From the human T2T-CHM13v2.0 reference genome, Homo sapiens, in NCBI RefSeq assembly GCF_009914755.1, contig NC_060935.1: 64,000 nt of DNA. One strand, written 5' to 3'. Under the pieces are notes generated by a model. The model was given only the letters and a program-made list of their open reading frames with translations, searched no databases and was not told the DNA's origin. The position numbers and the translations under genes are program-made. Position 1 is the first letter of the stretch. Each line of letters starts with the position of its first letter. Below, in pieces: positions 1 through 13,439 of the stretch.

Positions 1-1810
1 CATAAATTTAAAGCAATATATGCTTCTAAAAATTATGTATTTCTTGTATACATTGATAACACTCAACCTGATCCAAAATACCAGTTTACACAAATGCATG
101 TAATGCCACTGGGTAACACAGATATGAGGCAAAAAAAAAAAAAATAATAATAATAATAGAGGTAACAATGAAACTAAAGTAAGGAATTAAAAAAGCATTG
201 TTCCCAAAATCTATACCATGCAATCCTACATCATCGCTAGAGATAAGTCATCTATGTGACTCTAAATTTTCTAGCAGCCAAAGCAAAAACTTAAAGCAAA
301 TTTCAAAGTTTACTATAGACATATGGTATAAACTTTCTAGTTTCTTGGCAGTATATTTTACACAATAATGAGATTTGATATAAATTTCTCCTGGAACAGC
401 ACATTGAGGGGGTCTCTGTAACGGAGTTCTCTGTGAGATTACAGTGATCAACATCTTCAGTCATGATCCTATAATCAATATTAAAACTGATTTTTAATAT
501 TCCTGAATGAAGTTTAATCTCTTCCATATCAATTACAATTTAGTAAAAGCAATTTTATTAAGATGGGTCAAAACAATGTAGTACAGGTATTCATCTCTCC
601 GATATATTTTTGTTCATTTAAGAACAAAATGTGAATGATGCAGAGAGAAAAAATGAAGGGAATATGAAAAAGCTAACCTGGAAATATTAATTCCTACAAA
701 CAGACTTGATTATAACCGGTAAATAAAGAATTATAGTTTATATTCTCCAGCACAAACTGAGTGCAGATATGTTTTGATAATTAACTGAAAGAGAGCAGAG
801 CTAATATTTAAAGATATTGAGAAATGTGTTGTTGATTTTGGTCTTCATTTATTGCTTCCAGATCTGAAATTACAACAGGCTGAGTGGAGCGGGAATGAGC
901 CTGTGTGTTGCTCAAGCTGTGAAGAGCCAAGTTACAGAAGAGGTAGAGGAAATATGACAGGGCTCAAACAACGGCTGCTGAATTATAATATTTCTGAAGG
1001 CCCTAAAGTATGCTCTTTCTTCCCTCACCCCCTTGCCCCTGAGCCAGTCAGGGATGAGACTGGCAGAGCACTACTACTACATCCCTTCTGCTTTCTGTCA
1101 TAAACCTGGAACACTCTAGCATGATTAAAGAGATTCAAACAATGCACTCAACTCCAATTCTTTCTGAATCCATTCTTGCCAAGAAATTATAAAGTGGAAT
1201 ATGTGAGTATTTTTCTTAAATAATGGTGATTTTGAGAACTTGAGAAAAGCTCTGAGCCCTCTTCCCTCTCCGCTCAGCACTCCAAACACCCCTACACATT
1301 GTTTTGTGCAATTTTGGAGTGTTTATATAACCCCTGATATCCAGATTAAGAACTTTGGTTTTAAAGGCCCTGCTATTTATAGGAAAGTCCAGACTCTTTA
1401 AATGGTCCTGCCATTCCTTCAGGTAGGACGTGCTTTCGTCTTCCATTCTCCAATCAATTCCTGCCATATCCCTGACCCCAAGCAAGACCCTGAATACTTC
1501 AGTTTCTTAAAATATGTCATGCTTATCATGCCTCAGAGTATTTGTTTATACCCTTTCGTCTGCCCTTTCTTTCTAATTTTTCTGGCAAACTCTCACAGAG
1601 CCTTCCTGAGCCAGCTCTGAAAACTTAACTTCTCCTTAGTTGTCTCTCCCCACCCATCAGGATTGCTCACTTACATCTTTACTCACAGTGTATTGCACCA
1701 ACTTCTATACAGCATGAGTCACTCTATTCTAATTATTTGTTGGCATGTGGATCTCCTATATTGGAAAGTAACTTATAAAAACATTAATCATTTATTACTC
1801 ACCTCTCAAG

Positions 1811-2062
1811 GTGTGCAGTGGCATGATCTCAGCTTGCTTCAACCTCTGCCTTCCAGGTTTAAGCGATTCTCCTTGCCTCAGCCTCCCAAGTAGCTGGGAT
1901 TACAGGCGCATGCCACCATGCCCAGCTAATTTTTGTATTTCTAGTAGAGACAGGGTTTAACCATGTCAGTGAAGCTGGTCTCTAACTCCTGACCTCAAGC
2001 AATCCACCCACCTCAGCATCCCAAACTCCTGTGATTACAGGCATAAGCCACTGCACCCGGCC
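1811..2062 (-). mobile_element. Alu (AluS-type), lacking its 3' end and poly(A) tail
   Basis: Reverse-complement Alu (GCCTCAGCCTCCCAAGTAGCTGGGATTACAGG, GCTAATTTTTGTATTT, ends CACTGCACCCGGCC at 2062); no poly(T) or TSD on the left. Confidence 0.95.
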
Positions 2063-2940
2063 CAAAATTCCCATTACTTTTGAAAGCAGAGGCTCTGAGA
2101 GACATTTATGGAATCGAATGCTTTTAGAGATTCTAACTAAGATAATTTTTGGAACACGTCCCTGTTTGGAAAATTGGTTTGGCCAAATATCTCAACGTAT
2201 TAGGAAGAAATATTTACAAGGAATCTGATTTAATTAAGGTGCATTCTTCAGAATTAACTGCTAAACACTGGAATTACTGGCTTGGAAGTGTTACAGGAAT
2301 ATCTAACACCGTAAGATTGTAAAAGATGACTTATTTATTCCCCACACTCTAACTACACAATCATCAGTAAAATTAGTTGGAATATTTCGCAAGTAGATCA
2401 TGGATTAATAACTATAAATTCTTCCAGATTTTTGTAATGAGGATCTTCGTTGAAAATCTTGCAGTGTGCTGTGTGACATAAGAGAAGGAGGAAGAGCTTA
2501 ATCTCAGCATGCCATCTCGTAGGTGTTTTTAACCTCTCAGAGGCTTCAATCATGAAGTGGGCATAGGTGTATAATAAGGATTAAATGAGATAAGGGTGGG
2601 AAGATGAATAAGATGTTTAGCAGAAGCAGCTGAGTGACTTCTATAATGTTGTCTATTCTGACTGCAAGAGGTATGCTGGGAGTTCAGGGTATCTATGGCC
2701 GGACAAGATAGAAACAATGGCCCCTGAGGATGATGAAACCTAACGCTGGCCTATAAGAGCAGAGCAGCCACTACCTCTTTCTGCAGAACTACGCCAGTGC
2801 TTTAAAATCTTCCTGAAGTGGTTAACATTTAGAGGGAGTCAGTAGGGTAGGAGGAATAAAACAGTGCTTTGGATTCAAATCTTGACTCTGCCTCAAATTA
2901 ATACCTACTATTTTTGAAACTTTAATAAGGTGATAAGCAC

Positions 2941-2971
<31 letters not shown>
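2941..2971. repeat. Interrupted (TG)n microsatellite
   Basis: Direct reading. Confidence 0.95.
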
Positions 2972-2974
2972 AGA

Positions 2975-3330
2975 GTTTTATCTCATTCTTAGAACAACCT
3001 CATAGAAGCATAGTATTGCTTTGTTAACGAGTATTTTTCATTTCACTGGTGAGTAGCCTGAGACTTAGCAAGGTTAAGCAACTCATCCAATGTAAGACAG
3101 CTAGTAAGAGGCACCTGGATTTGCATTCCAGGTCATTTAGGACATAACCACATCACTATAGTATCTCTGTGATTTTCAGTAAATTACTTAATATTGTTGA
3201 ACTTTAGATTCCTTGTCAGTGAAATGGAGGTCAGAATTTCTCCTTCCTGTCTTGTTCTGAGATTTAACTAAGGTAATGCATGAAGAGTGCCTCACCACAG
3301 CCTCAGGATCAGCACAACTTGTTAAAAATA
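2975..3330. mobile_element. Degenerate MIR fragments
   Basis: MIR-like cores (CTGAGACTTAGCAAGGTTAAGCAACTCATCCAATG; AAATTACTTAAT...TGAAATGGAG). Confidence 0.55.
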
Positions 3331-4089
3331 AAGATTGATCTCATAGTTGAATGCATGTTTGTGTGTGTAGGGGGAGTTCTCGTCTCAGTCTGAGGAGGGG
3401 AATTTTTTTTTTTTTTACTCACTCATGTGGAGTTGCCAAGTGAGGCTGACTGCCAGTCATCAGTCAGCATGGGTTTATATGACCAGCCCAGGGCTCAAAA
3501 GTTGGCTGGGATGTGCAAATCAGTCAGGCTTTGAGGTAGGCTGGGGGTTCCATGGTCCAGGATGGCTATGCAGTGAGGTACTTTGCACCAACTATTTGTG
3601 CCTTTTAAGGAACCTATAAAGAAAGAAGAAAAACCGAAAATCTATTGCCTGAATTTACACTTTGGAGACCTGAGAAGTGGGAGAAAGGAAGTGGGCTGGA
3701 ACAAAGGATTTGTTTATTTTTTCCTCTTGCTTCATGAATACCAAGGCCGTTATTTTTTCAGTCCCTCCCTCTGCCTCCCACCCATCCCCCACCAACACAT
3801 AACCCACCCTGAGCCACTTGTTTGGAAAGACAGCAAAGTCAGTAAAGATGCCCTTCTATTATTTAAACACAAGTGTTTCAAGGATTCTCCCTAAATGGTG
3901 AGATAGATAGATATGCACTCGTACACACACGCACACGTGCACACACACTGGATTGCTATGGATTAATTAGGATACACATTCCACACTATGTCCCAGATAT
4001 AATAAGAATTTAATTAGCCTTCAGTATTACATTGTTGAAAGTATACAGAATTAAGAATCAGATATAACCAGTATAAAATTCTAGTTCTG

Positions 4090-4479
<390 letters not shown>

Positions 4480-5564
4480 TTATATCTACCTTGCAGATTT
4501 CACTTGCTGACTAAATGATATAAAGAGTATAATGCAACTAGAGCAGTGTCTAAATCAGCAAATGTTGATCGCTTCTCTACAATGGGTATTTCTAATAGAT
4601 TCCTCAAAAATTTTACCATATTGATCATCACAACCGCTCAACCACCCCACCACCAACCATTTTTTCCGTAATGTTCTTTTTCTTTTTTTTCAGGATATAG
4701 CACTTGTTCTCTGCCCCTAGAGGAAGGGAATTCCCTTCTCGTCTTCTCAATCCATAATATCCATTTGATAATCATATATTTTACTGCGGTGGAAAGAAAA
4801 TGAGCTGTGTCCATGCCAGAGTATGAGTGCCTTTTAAGTGTCCCACTCCCTGCAGCACAGATCCTGCTCAGTGGGAAAAGGATTCCCTACTGCATTTATA
4901 GCACTCTGGACATCTGATTTCTTGAACCTCTAACTCGACTGTTCCATGCTATACTTTTCACTTCATTTTCTTGACTGCCCTGGTTACCAATTTTTCACTT
5001 TTTCTAGCATTTAATTCTTGTGTTATTCTTTAGCACTGAATATATTTCCAGCCCTCTGGCAATCTTGGATATCTTTTTGACTGGATATCTTTTATTTGGA
5101 CTTGATGTACTCATGGATTAGTGGACTATCTCTCAAGATAGATGGAACCAAGTTGCTGTATCTGGGGCTGGAGTAAAGCACGAAGCTAGAGTAACCAGAG
5201 GGGCTGTGCTTCAGAAGTGGAATAAGGCGCTAGGTGGGACCTTCTAAATCAGTCAGCACTCCAAAGAGGATGGACTCAGAAAGAATCAGGACATGAAACA
5301 GAGCATTGCAGGTTCTATGGAGATCCAGTAAGAACGGACAGTAAGGGTTTGCTTCGGAGAGTGGGAGGTGTAACCTAGGACAATTCCTTTCTGAAGAAAG
5401 CAGTGGCTTTTTATAGGGTTTTTGTGGCCTTAAAATTGTTAGAAATAAAGCAGTTAAAGAAACATTGTGTGTAGTAGACATATATGGTATTTTCTGCTCA
5501 ATACTCCATTTCCAGGAATCACTGTTCCACCCAAACTTATGTTTGCAGTGGAAGCAGCTGGGAT

Positions 5565-5909
5565 TTTTTTCTTGTTTCTTGTTTCTTTTTTTTTTCCTTT
5601 TTTTTTTCTGTGTTGTGTTTTTTGTTTGTTTGTTTGTTTTTTTAAGACAGAATCCTGCTCTGTTGCCTAGGCTGGAATGCAGTAGGGCAACCTCCGTCTT
5701 CTGAGTTCAAGTGATTCTCCTGCCTCAACCTCCTGGGTAGCTGGGATTACAGGTGTCTGCCACCATGTCTGGCTATTTTTTGTATTTTTAGTAGAAACAG
5801 GGTTTCATTATGTTGGCCAAGATGGCCTCGAACTCTTGACCTTAAGTAATCTGCCCATCTCGGCCTCCCAAAGTGCTGGGATTACAGGCGTGAGCCGCCA
5901 TTCCTGGCC
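5565..5909 (-). mobile_element. AluS with compound T-rich tail and a short internal deletion
   Basis: Reverse Alu ending CCTGGCC at 5909; about 17 nt (CGCGATCTCGGCTCACT) missing near 5685; tail 5565-5643. Confidence 0.95.
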
Positions 5910-8571
5910 AGCAGCTATGTTTTAATTTTTTTCTGACCCTTGGCATTACAGATTGACCTAGGGAAAGAAATCTAACCCAAGCTGGGCCAATGAACCCCTT
6001 CTCTAGGACATTCGGACATAGAGTTTAAAGTCTAAGAAATAATGCTGAGGATTTATACTAGGTAAGTTTTTTTTACTATGTACAAAAAAGAAGCAGCAGC
6101 CAATCTTTAGAGAAAGAGAAGAATGAATAGACATAAAAAAGGGACTCTCATGGGATATTACAATATATTTATAATAGCCTATTTTTACTTAAAGATAGTT
6201 CTAGTTAAATTTTAGTTTTTGAAATAAAAGAACTAACTCTAAGTATGCCAAATAAAGTGCACCTTTGAGCCTTTGCTGAAGTCATTCTCCTGAGACTGCC
6301 TCCCTTCCTACTCCACTTTACGTTTTATAATCCATCCACAAATATCTCTCCTTCTCCGAAAAGCCCTCCCTGACCATACCTAATGTTAGCCTTTTGGAAT
6401 GCCTCTTAAATGAGCAGTTTGATTAAGTTCTTGATGGATTAAATATAAAAAGGCTTTTTGTATTTTCTATTTTTTTTACTTTGACTGTGATCGTTCAACT
6501 TCCCTCAGTAATTTTTATACATTTAACTTGAAGTCAGATTAGTTATGTATTAAAGCACAAAATTCTGTATCACAAAAAGTACTTCATTAGGTGCCTAATC
6601 ATAGAGATTTTTCATTATCAAGGTACAGAGGAGTAAAACATTTTATTAGAAATATTTTCACTCCCACACGACCTAATGTTACCTGACAGCCTGCTTTTGG
6701 CCAGTTGTGGGTCTAGGTATATGCTTTTGAAAGACAAGGGAATACAAAGAGGACTCAAATTGTGTGCTTGGTTTCAGTGCTTAAATAAAACTCAGAGAAA
6801 TTAATTTGGATTTTGGATTCTACAAAGCAGTATTCCGGATAGCTCTTTTGTCTCAGCCCAGATTTCAAAATGGTAAAAACACTGGCCTAAGAAACGGGAC
6901 ACACACACATGCATGCACACATTCAGCTCTGGCTGTATCTGTGGTAGCATTATGAATGCAGCTGCTGGACCCAGTAGTGAGTATCGACAATAGGAGATGG
7001 GACACAGCAGACGGTCAGCACATTCACTCAAATGTCAGGCAGTGGCATCATTAACATAGTGCAGTGTCCAATAACTACAAGCTCCCCACGGATGGGGACT
7101 GTGCAGGAATAATTACTTGGACATCACATGTACTTCATCACTTCCAAATTAGATTTTGCTAATCCACCGCTTTATTTTCAGGGTAATCTCATTAGTACAA
7201 TGGTGTTCCTTTTTTTTTTTTTTTTTTCAATGCCTTGGAAGATTTATTGCTTTGAACCAATAGTAAGATTAAGTGATTGCCAAAGGACATATTATTTTAA
7301 GATTTAAACTAATTTAAGTGGGGCTGTGCAAATCTATTTATTCTTCTTCCTCATCCCCCACACCTCAAGAAATATTTTAGGGTAAAAAAAAATTATATCT
7401 CCATACCTTGATTTTCCTTTTTTAGAATACAAATAAAATCTTATTAAAGAATGCTGTTGATTTTCTAGAAATGAGAAGAAAGCTAAACTCATTGTCATAC
7501 ACAGCCTATCCTCGTAAAAAATGCATCCAGGAAAGATGTCTATTTTCAGTGAACACTTTGTTTTGTATATTCTAATTTTTCTCCATTAATAATAGGATAA
7601 AATGAATGCTTTTTGTGGGTTTTGTTTTTCCATCTGTGCTGACCCAGAAAAGGTAAAGTTGAAGGAGCTACAAATTCCAGACCATGCCAGATAGGAATTA
7701 TTTTGTTCTTCCACAAGTTTATTTCAAAAAATTCTTGTCTTAATTGACAAAACATCTTATAATATCATGGAAAACAAGACAAATTATGATGGAAAACTAC
7801 AAAGCAATCCACAATGTCTTGCTTCTAGATTTATTTTATTAAAAGTACTCATGGTATTTTCCTGGCTACACACATACTTATACACACCTTATACAATTTC
7901 AGACCTTATCTAATTTCCATATTAGAGAGTCATAAATGTGTGATTAATGATTGACTGAATGACTATTAGCTATCTGTAAATAACTAACAGATGTGAAGTT
8001 ATAGTAATTAGTTGCATTCTTTTTGCAGAGAGGTTTTTCACTACAGAAGCATCTAAATTAACAGAAAAATATCAAATAAAATATTTGCCTTTCATGTAAG
8101 ATAGGCATTATACTAGATATTGACATTGCTAAAATAATTAAGGTTAGCATGTTTTCTCTCCCCAGGGTACATAAAAAGTTGTGAGTGAACCAGACAATTA
8201 GATGCATGGAAATTATTTACTGTGATGAGTAAACTACAAATGCAACAGAGAAACTCTCCATAGGTACATAAACAGGTCTTTGAAGAAAACTTGATATTTA
8301 CTGTCTTCTAAATTATTCTTTAGGATCCAACCAGTCATTTGGATTATGTCTTTTCTGTAAACTCATGGGAATTTATCAACGAATTACCCCCACATGCCCC
8401 ATACTGAGAGTGTTTGCTAGGACCTTCTCTGCTACGAGAAAGAAAATAAAATTTTGGAAGACCTAGCTTTCGGTCCTGGGTCTTCCAGTAATTAAACTTC
8501 CAATTTGGGGAAGAGCTCCCAGGGTTCAGTTTCCATGTCTGCATGATGAAGAATTGAACTGAAGTATCTTT

Positions 8572-8653
8572 GCTTTTAACTTCTGTTTTAGGTTCAGGGG
8601 TACATGTGCAGATTTGTTATATAGGTAAACGAGTGTCATGGGGGTTTGTTGTA
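8572..8653 (-). mobile_element. 82-bp 5'-truncated old L1PA 3' terminus with TSD
   Basis: TTTTAGGTTCAGGGGTACATGTGCAGATTTGTTATATAGGTAAAC is the old L1PA 3' end; flanked by AAGTATCTTT at 8562-8571 and 8654-8663. Confidence 0.85.
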
Positions 8654-8927
8654 AAGTATCTTTACGAGTGTTTAGAATTCAGAAAAACTCATAATCTTAG
8701 TTGTCTTTCCAGGTTATCTCTCCTGCATTTTTACAGGTACATGTAAGACCATAAAACCCAAGATAAGGAAAAGGAGAAGAAAAAGAGAGTTAACCATAAC
8801 TAAGCACCTGTTATGTGGCATTGACATTTCACAACAAAATAGAGGTAGAGTACTCTGCATGGTTTACTAACCTTAGGTGGCAAGGTCTACTATATACCTC
8901 AGTAGAACTGAGACCCAAACACAATTC

Positions 8928-9249
8928 TTTTTTTTTTTTATTACATGGATGAAATTGGAAATCATCATTCTCAGTAAACTATCGCAAGAACAAAAAACCA
9001 AACACCGCATATTCTCACTCATAGGTGGGAATTGAACAATGAGAACACATGGACACAGGAAGGGGAACATCACACTCTGGGGACTGTTGTGGGGTGGGGG
9101 TAGGTGGGGAGGGATAGCATTAGGAGATACACCTAATGCTAAATGACGAGTTAATGGGTGCAGCACACCAGCTTGGCACATGTATACATATGTAACTAAC
9201 CTGCACATTGTGCACATGTACCCTAAAACTTAAAATATAACAATAATAA
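8928..9249 (+). mobile_element. L1PA3/4-type 3' fragment preceded by an inverted poly(A)
   Basis: 8943-9249 is the L1 ORF2 end plus 3'UTR (GCTAAATGACGAGTTAATGGGTGCAGC...CCCTAAAACTTAAA); 8928-8943 is T12-ATTA. Confidence 0.93.
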
Positions 9250-9587
9250 GTGATGACTCACTAATGATGGCATTTCAGCTGCCTACACATGGAAGAGGAA
9301 CAATGACTCAAGACAGAGAAGACTTCCCAGAACCCGTTGACAGACAATTTTTAAAGGCACATAAAATAACCATATTTGAGAAAATAAGTACAAAAAAAAA
9401 ACCTAAAATCACATGAACACCAACAAAAATTAAAGAAATTCTTTGGTTGAGGATGTCCCTTTCCTGAAAGGTCATTCTTTTACTCCTGCAGTATAATTAC
9501 TCTTTGTATCTCTAAGGGTAACACTGCCTTTCACCTGAAAAAAAGTCTCACACTGACAGCATGGTACAAAATCAGAATAATGACTGG

Positions 9588-9890
9588 GGCTGGGTGCAAT
9601 GGCTCACACCTGTAATCCCAGTACTTTGGGAGGCTGAGGCAGGTGGATCATAAGGTCAAGAGTTCAAGACCAGCCTGGCCAAGATGATGAAACCCCATCT
9701 CTACTAAAAATACAAAAATTAGCCTTGCATGGTGGTGGGTGCCTGTAATCCCAGCTACTCAGGAGGCTGAGGCAGAGAATTGCTTGAACCCAGGAGGCAG
9801 AGGTTGCAGTGAGGCGAGATCGCACCATTGCGCTCCAGCCTGGGTGACAGAGCAAGACTCCATTTCGAAAAAATAAATAAATAAATAAAA
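9588..9890 (+). mobile_element. Full-length AluS (Sg-like)
   Basis: Complete dimer with (A/TAAA) tail; TSD AGAATAATGACTGG vs AGAATAGTGA[TAGTGA]CTGG, the right copy carrying a 6-bp duplication. Confidence 0.95.
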
Positions 9891-10469
9891 GAATAGTGAT
9901 AGTGACTGGGATCTAGGGAAAAGGACCTTTCAAACTGGTTTGATGATCTGATGATCGCATCATTTCTCGATACTCTGTAGCCCAAACAAAAGAGTTGACT
10001 GCATTTTCCATGTCTAGCTTGTTGCTATGGTAATACAGCTCAGCTCTTTTCTAAAGTTTGTTACATAAAAATGGTTGTTTTACCCAACTTTGTAGGAGAT
10101 GGTGACAACTTTGAGTTGTCAGTACCTAAACAGTAGTGGCAAAGCCACAACTAGGAAAGACAGAGAGGTTAGAGATCCGTGACAGGTGGGAAGGATGTCA
10201 AATCCTAGTCACCTAGACTTGGCATCTGACTAAGGTGGCAGGCCTGGCAAAGACTGAAGAGGATGTAGCACCAAGAAACCAGGGCCTACAATCAGGAAAC
10301 CCAAATATATTTAAGAGTTGAGTGTTCTGTTAGGTTGAGCAGTCCCCTGAATGACTGAGCCCCATAAACTCACAGTGACTTTTCTTGAAGTTTCTTTTTA
10401 ATAACTTTTGATTTTGTAATGATTTTAGAATAATTGCAACCATAGTACAGAGAGTTCCTGTGTACCTCT

Positions 10470-11032
10470 TGTATGAGTTTTCTATGGCTTTTATAACAAA
10501 TTATGAGTTTTCTATGGCTTTTATAACAAATTATGAGTTTTCTATGGCTTTTGTAACAAACTTGGTGGTTTAAAATTACATGAATTTATCACTGTACAAT
10601 TGTGGAAGTCAGGAGTCTGAAATAGCGCTTATTGGGTAAAATTAAGGTGTTGCCAAGGCTCCATTACTTCTGGAGGCTCAAGAGGAAAGCCTATATCCAC
10701 GCTTTTTCCAGCTTTCAGAGGCTTTCTGCATTGATTGGTGTGTGGCTGCCTTCCATCTTCAAAGCCAGCAATAGCCAGTCAAGATTTTCTTCTATTGCAT
10801 CACTCTGACACTGATTCTTATTTCTCCCTCTTCCTCATTTAAGGACTCTTACTATTATCTTGTGTCTACCTGGACAAACTCATGATTATCTCCCTATCAT
10901 AAGATCAACTGATTAACAACCTTAATTCCATCAGCTACCTTGATTCTCCTTTGCCAGATAATTTAACATACTCATCTGTCTCAGAGTTTAGGGCATGGAC
11001 ATTCTTTGGAGGCCATTATTCTGCCTATCACA
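10470..11032 (-). mobile_element. MaLR solo LTR (MLT1C/D-like)
   Basis: TG...CA termini; AAACTTGGTGGTTTAAAA, TTTCCAGCTTTCAGAGGC, GGCCATTATTCTGCCTATCACA; approximate 5-bp TSD CCTCT/CCCCT. Confidence 0.85.
10471..10560. repeat. 30-bp unit x3 tandem repeat
   Basis: (t/g)TATGAGTTTTCTATGGCTTTT(a/g)TAACAAA three times head to tail, with no spacers. Confidence 0.98.
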
Positions 11033-13439
11033 CCCCTTATCTAAATTCCCTCATTGTTACCATTTTACTTTACCCTTGTACGTTTGGCAAAACTAAGAAA
11101 CTGACATTGGTACATTACTATTTACTAAACTTCAGACTTTATCTGGATTTCACAGTTTTTCCATGATGTTCTTTTTATATTCCAAGACCAATCCACAATA
11201 CCACATTTTATTTAGTTGTCATGTCTTCTGGGCTGAGTCTCCTCTAAACTAGGGAAATTTCACAGTCTTTCCTTCATTTTCATGATTGTCTCAGTTTGAG
11301 GAATACTGAAGGGTACAGTGTTTTAACAGTTCACCCCTACTCTGAGTACATCACATTTCTTATTTCAGTCAATAAGCAAAAACAGAAGGGCAAAATACTT
11401 GTTTAACTTGCCAGAGCATCATATTCCAGCTTTGCAGGGGTACTCCAGTAAACTGCTGTTATGATGATTGGACTCCTTCCAAGCAGTGTCCAATCATTGC
11501 CTCTAAAAGAAAAATAAGAGTTCCAGTGTCCAAAGTCAAGCCTTCCTGGAGTCTCTTTTATTCATTATGGAAATATATAGTTTTCACTAAAGACATAGCA
11601 TACTATAACTCAATGAGAATAGGACTTAAGATAAAAATGTATAAAATGTTTTTCTCTTGTTATTAGTGCTATTCTTCTTGTTATTTTTAAAGAGTTTATT
11701 GAGAAATTAGAAAATGCAAATAAGAAAAAATATTTAAAACTGAATGAAACACACTTAGAAATAATCCTGTAAACACCCTGGTGTATACTGTTTCTGAATT
11801 AAAAAAAGAAAATTACGATTATGTAATACTTAAGTCTGATCTTCTTTTTCATTTATTATCATCTCAAATTTCTTTTAGTGTTATAGCAGATGTTCCATGT
11901 TTTAGACATACTTAAAAGTACCCTGATTTATATAGTTTATCTCTAAGTTTACTGTCATGAAGATACACTAAGATACATTTTGTGGATATACCTAACTATT
12001 CCTTTAGGATAAATTCTCTGTGGAAAAATTTCTGCTATGTTAGGTTGTATTGGCATGACAACAACTCAAAATCTTGGAGACCTAAGACAGTGGTTTGTGA
12101 TATGAGTCATCAGTGTTGCCTGGGTTCTGCTTCGTATTGTGTACTCTGGAACTAAGCTGTCAGAGCAGTCATTCTCTTGTACACTGCCAGTTATCAAGGC
12201 AGTGAGGTGAGAGTAGTGAAGCACATGACGACTCTTGAAATTAATTGGCCAAATCAAGTCATGTGGTCAAGTCTGACTGCAAGGAGGCAGGAGAGTATAA
12301 GCATCTCATAGAGAGATATACCTTGTCAAATGGCCCTCTAGAATGGTTTCACTGGTTTATGTTTCCACCAGAATACATGAAAGTGGTGATTTCCACATGC
12401 TTTGCAAACACTGCATATTACCATGTTCTTATACTTGCCAATTTGACAGGAAAAAATAATGTTTTATTTCTAAAAGTTACATTTAGTTGATAATTAATAA
12501 AGAAGGATCCTGCTTAAATTTAGTTTTACATTTAATGGATGTGAGTCCTTGAGTAAATTAGCTAATATCTCCAGCCTGTGTTTACTTTCTATATAATGGA
12601 AAGAATAATTTCTTATTCAATTATGGTAAAGATTAAAGTCGATAATATATAAGATTACTTTGTAAACTCTGAAAGGCTTTTAAAGGAGGAACCTATTTAA
12701 TAATCATCTACACAGTATCAAATGTCTAATAATAATAATAGGAACTGCAGCATTATGGACTGAGGGGTAGAGGAGTGATCAAGGCATTGCAATCAAATTT
12801 CTGGTCCCATGTACACCAGTCATAAGTTCTTCAACTGTTAAAGGATTATAATACTCTTCCTGAAGGGCTATTCTGAAGATTCAATAAAAATAAATAATAT
12901 AGAGCATAAAATAGATAATAAAAAATATTTATCATTAATGGTAATATAATAGTCAATAAATATTTATGGAGTGAATTGTATCATCACTGTCATTTGAAAG
13001 CAATCATTAAGCTTACAAAATTAATGTTTCAAGCCCTAAACTTTTCAAATTTGTTTTTTGTGGACTTCAGTTTGTCTTAAGGACTATTAAGCATGTCTTT
13101 ATAAAACCTTTGTTTAAAGTAGCATTTAAAGTTATGCATTAACTTACTGACATTTAAAGTTAACTGCTACGGTCAGCATATCTTTGAAGAAAAGGAAAAT
13201 TATATTAACTATAGAACTTTTATCCATTAAATGTGTCCGTTAGTGGAAGGAGAACTAGTGAGTTCTTTATGCACAATTTGTCCTTGGTAACTTTCTATCA
13301 TAATGCACAAGGACACATAGTTCATTATAATTTTTATAATTTTTCTTTCTTTTGTTATTTTAATAAGTGCTGGTGCAGATCACAGATGCCAAAGACAGAG
13401 AAGAAAATGGAATGTGTTGACTTTTCTCAATCGCTCATT

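Larger units (their letters stand above)
10395..11310 (-). mobile_element. Ancient L1M (L1MC/MD-like) 3' end, split by a MaLR LTR
   Basis: TTGCAACCATAGTACAGAGAGTTCC before the LTR and ACATTGGTACATTACTATTTACTAAAC...CCACATTTTATTTAGTTGTCATGTC after it; resembles 32808-33695. Confidence 0.7.

Noticed and set aside
248-693. Minus-strand ORFs (248-454, 303-527) and a possible 16-nt exon at 678-693
   Set aside because: No recognisable protein and weak pyrimidine tracts; compatible with chance.
10471-10560. CRISPR-like 30-bp direct repeats
   Set aside because: No spacers, lies inside a mammalian LTR, no cas genes, eukaryotic context.
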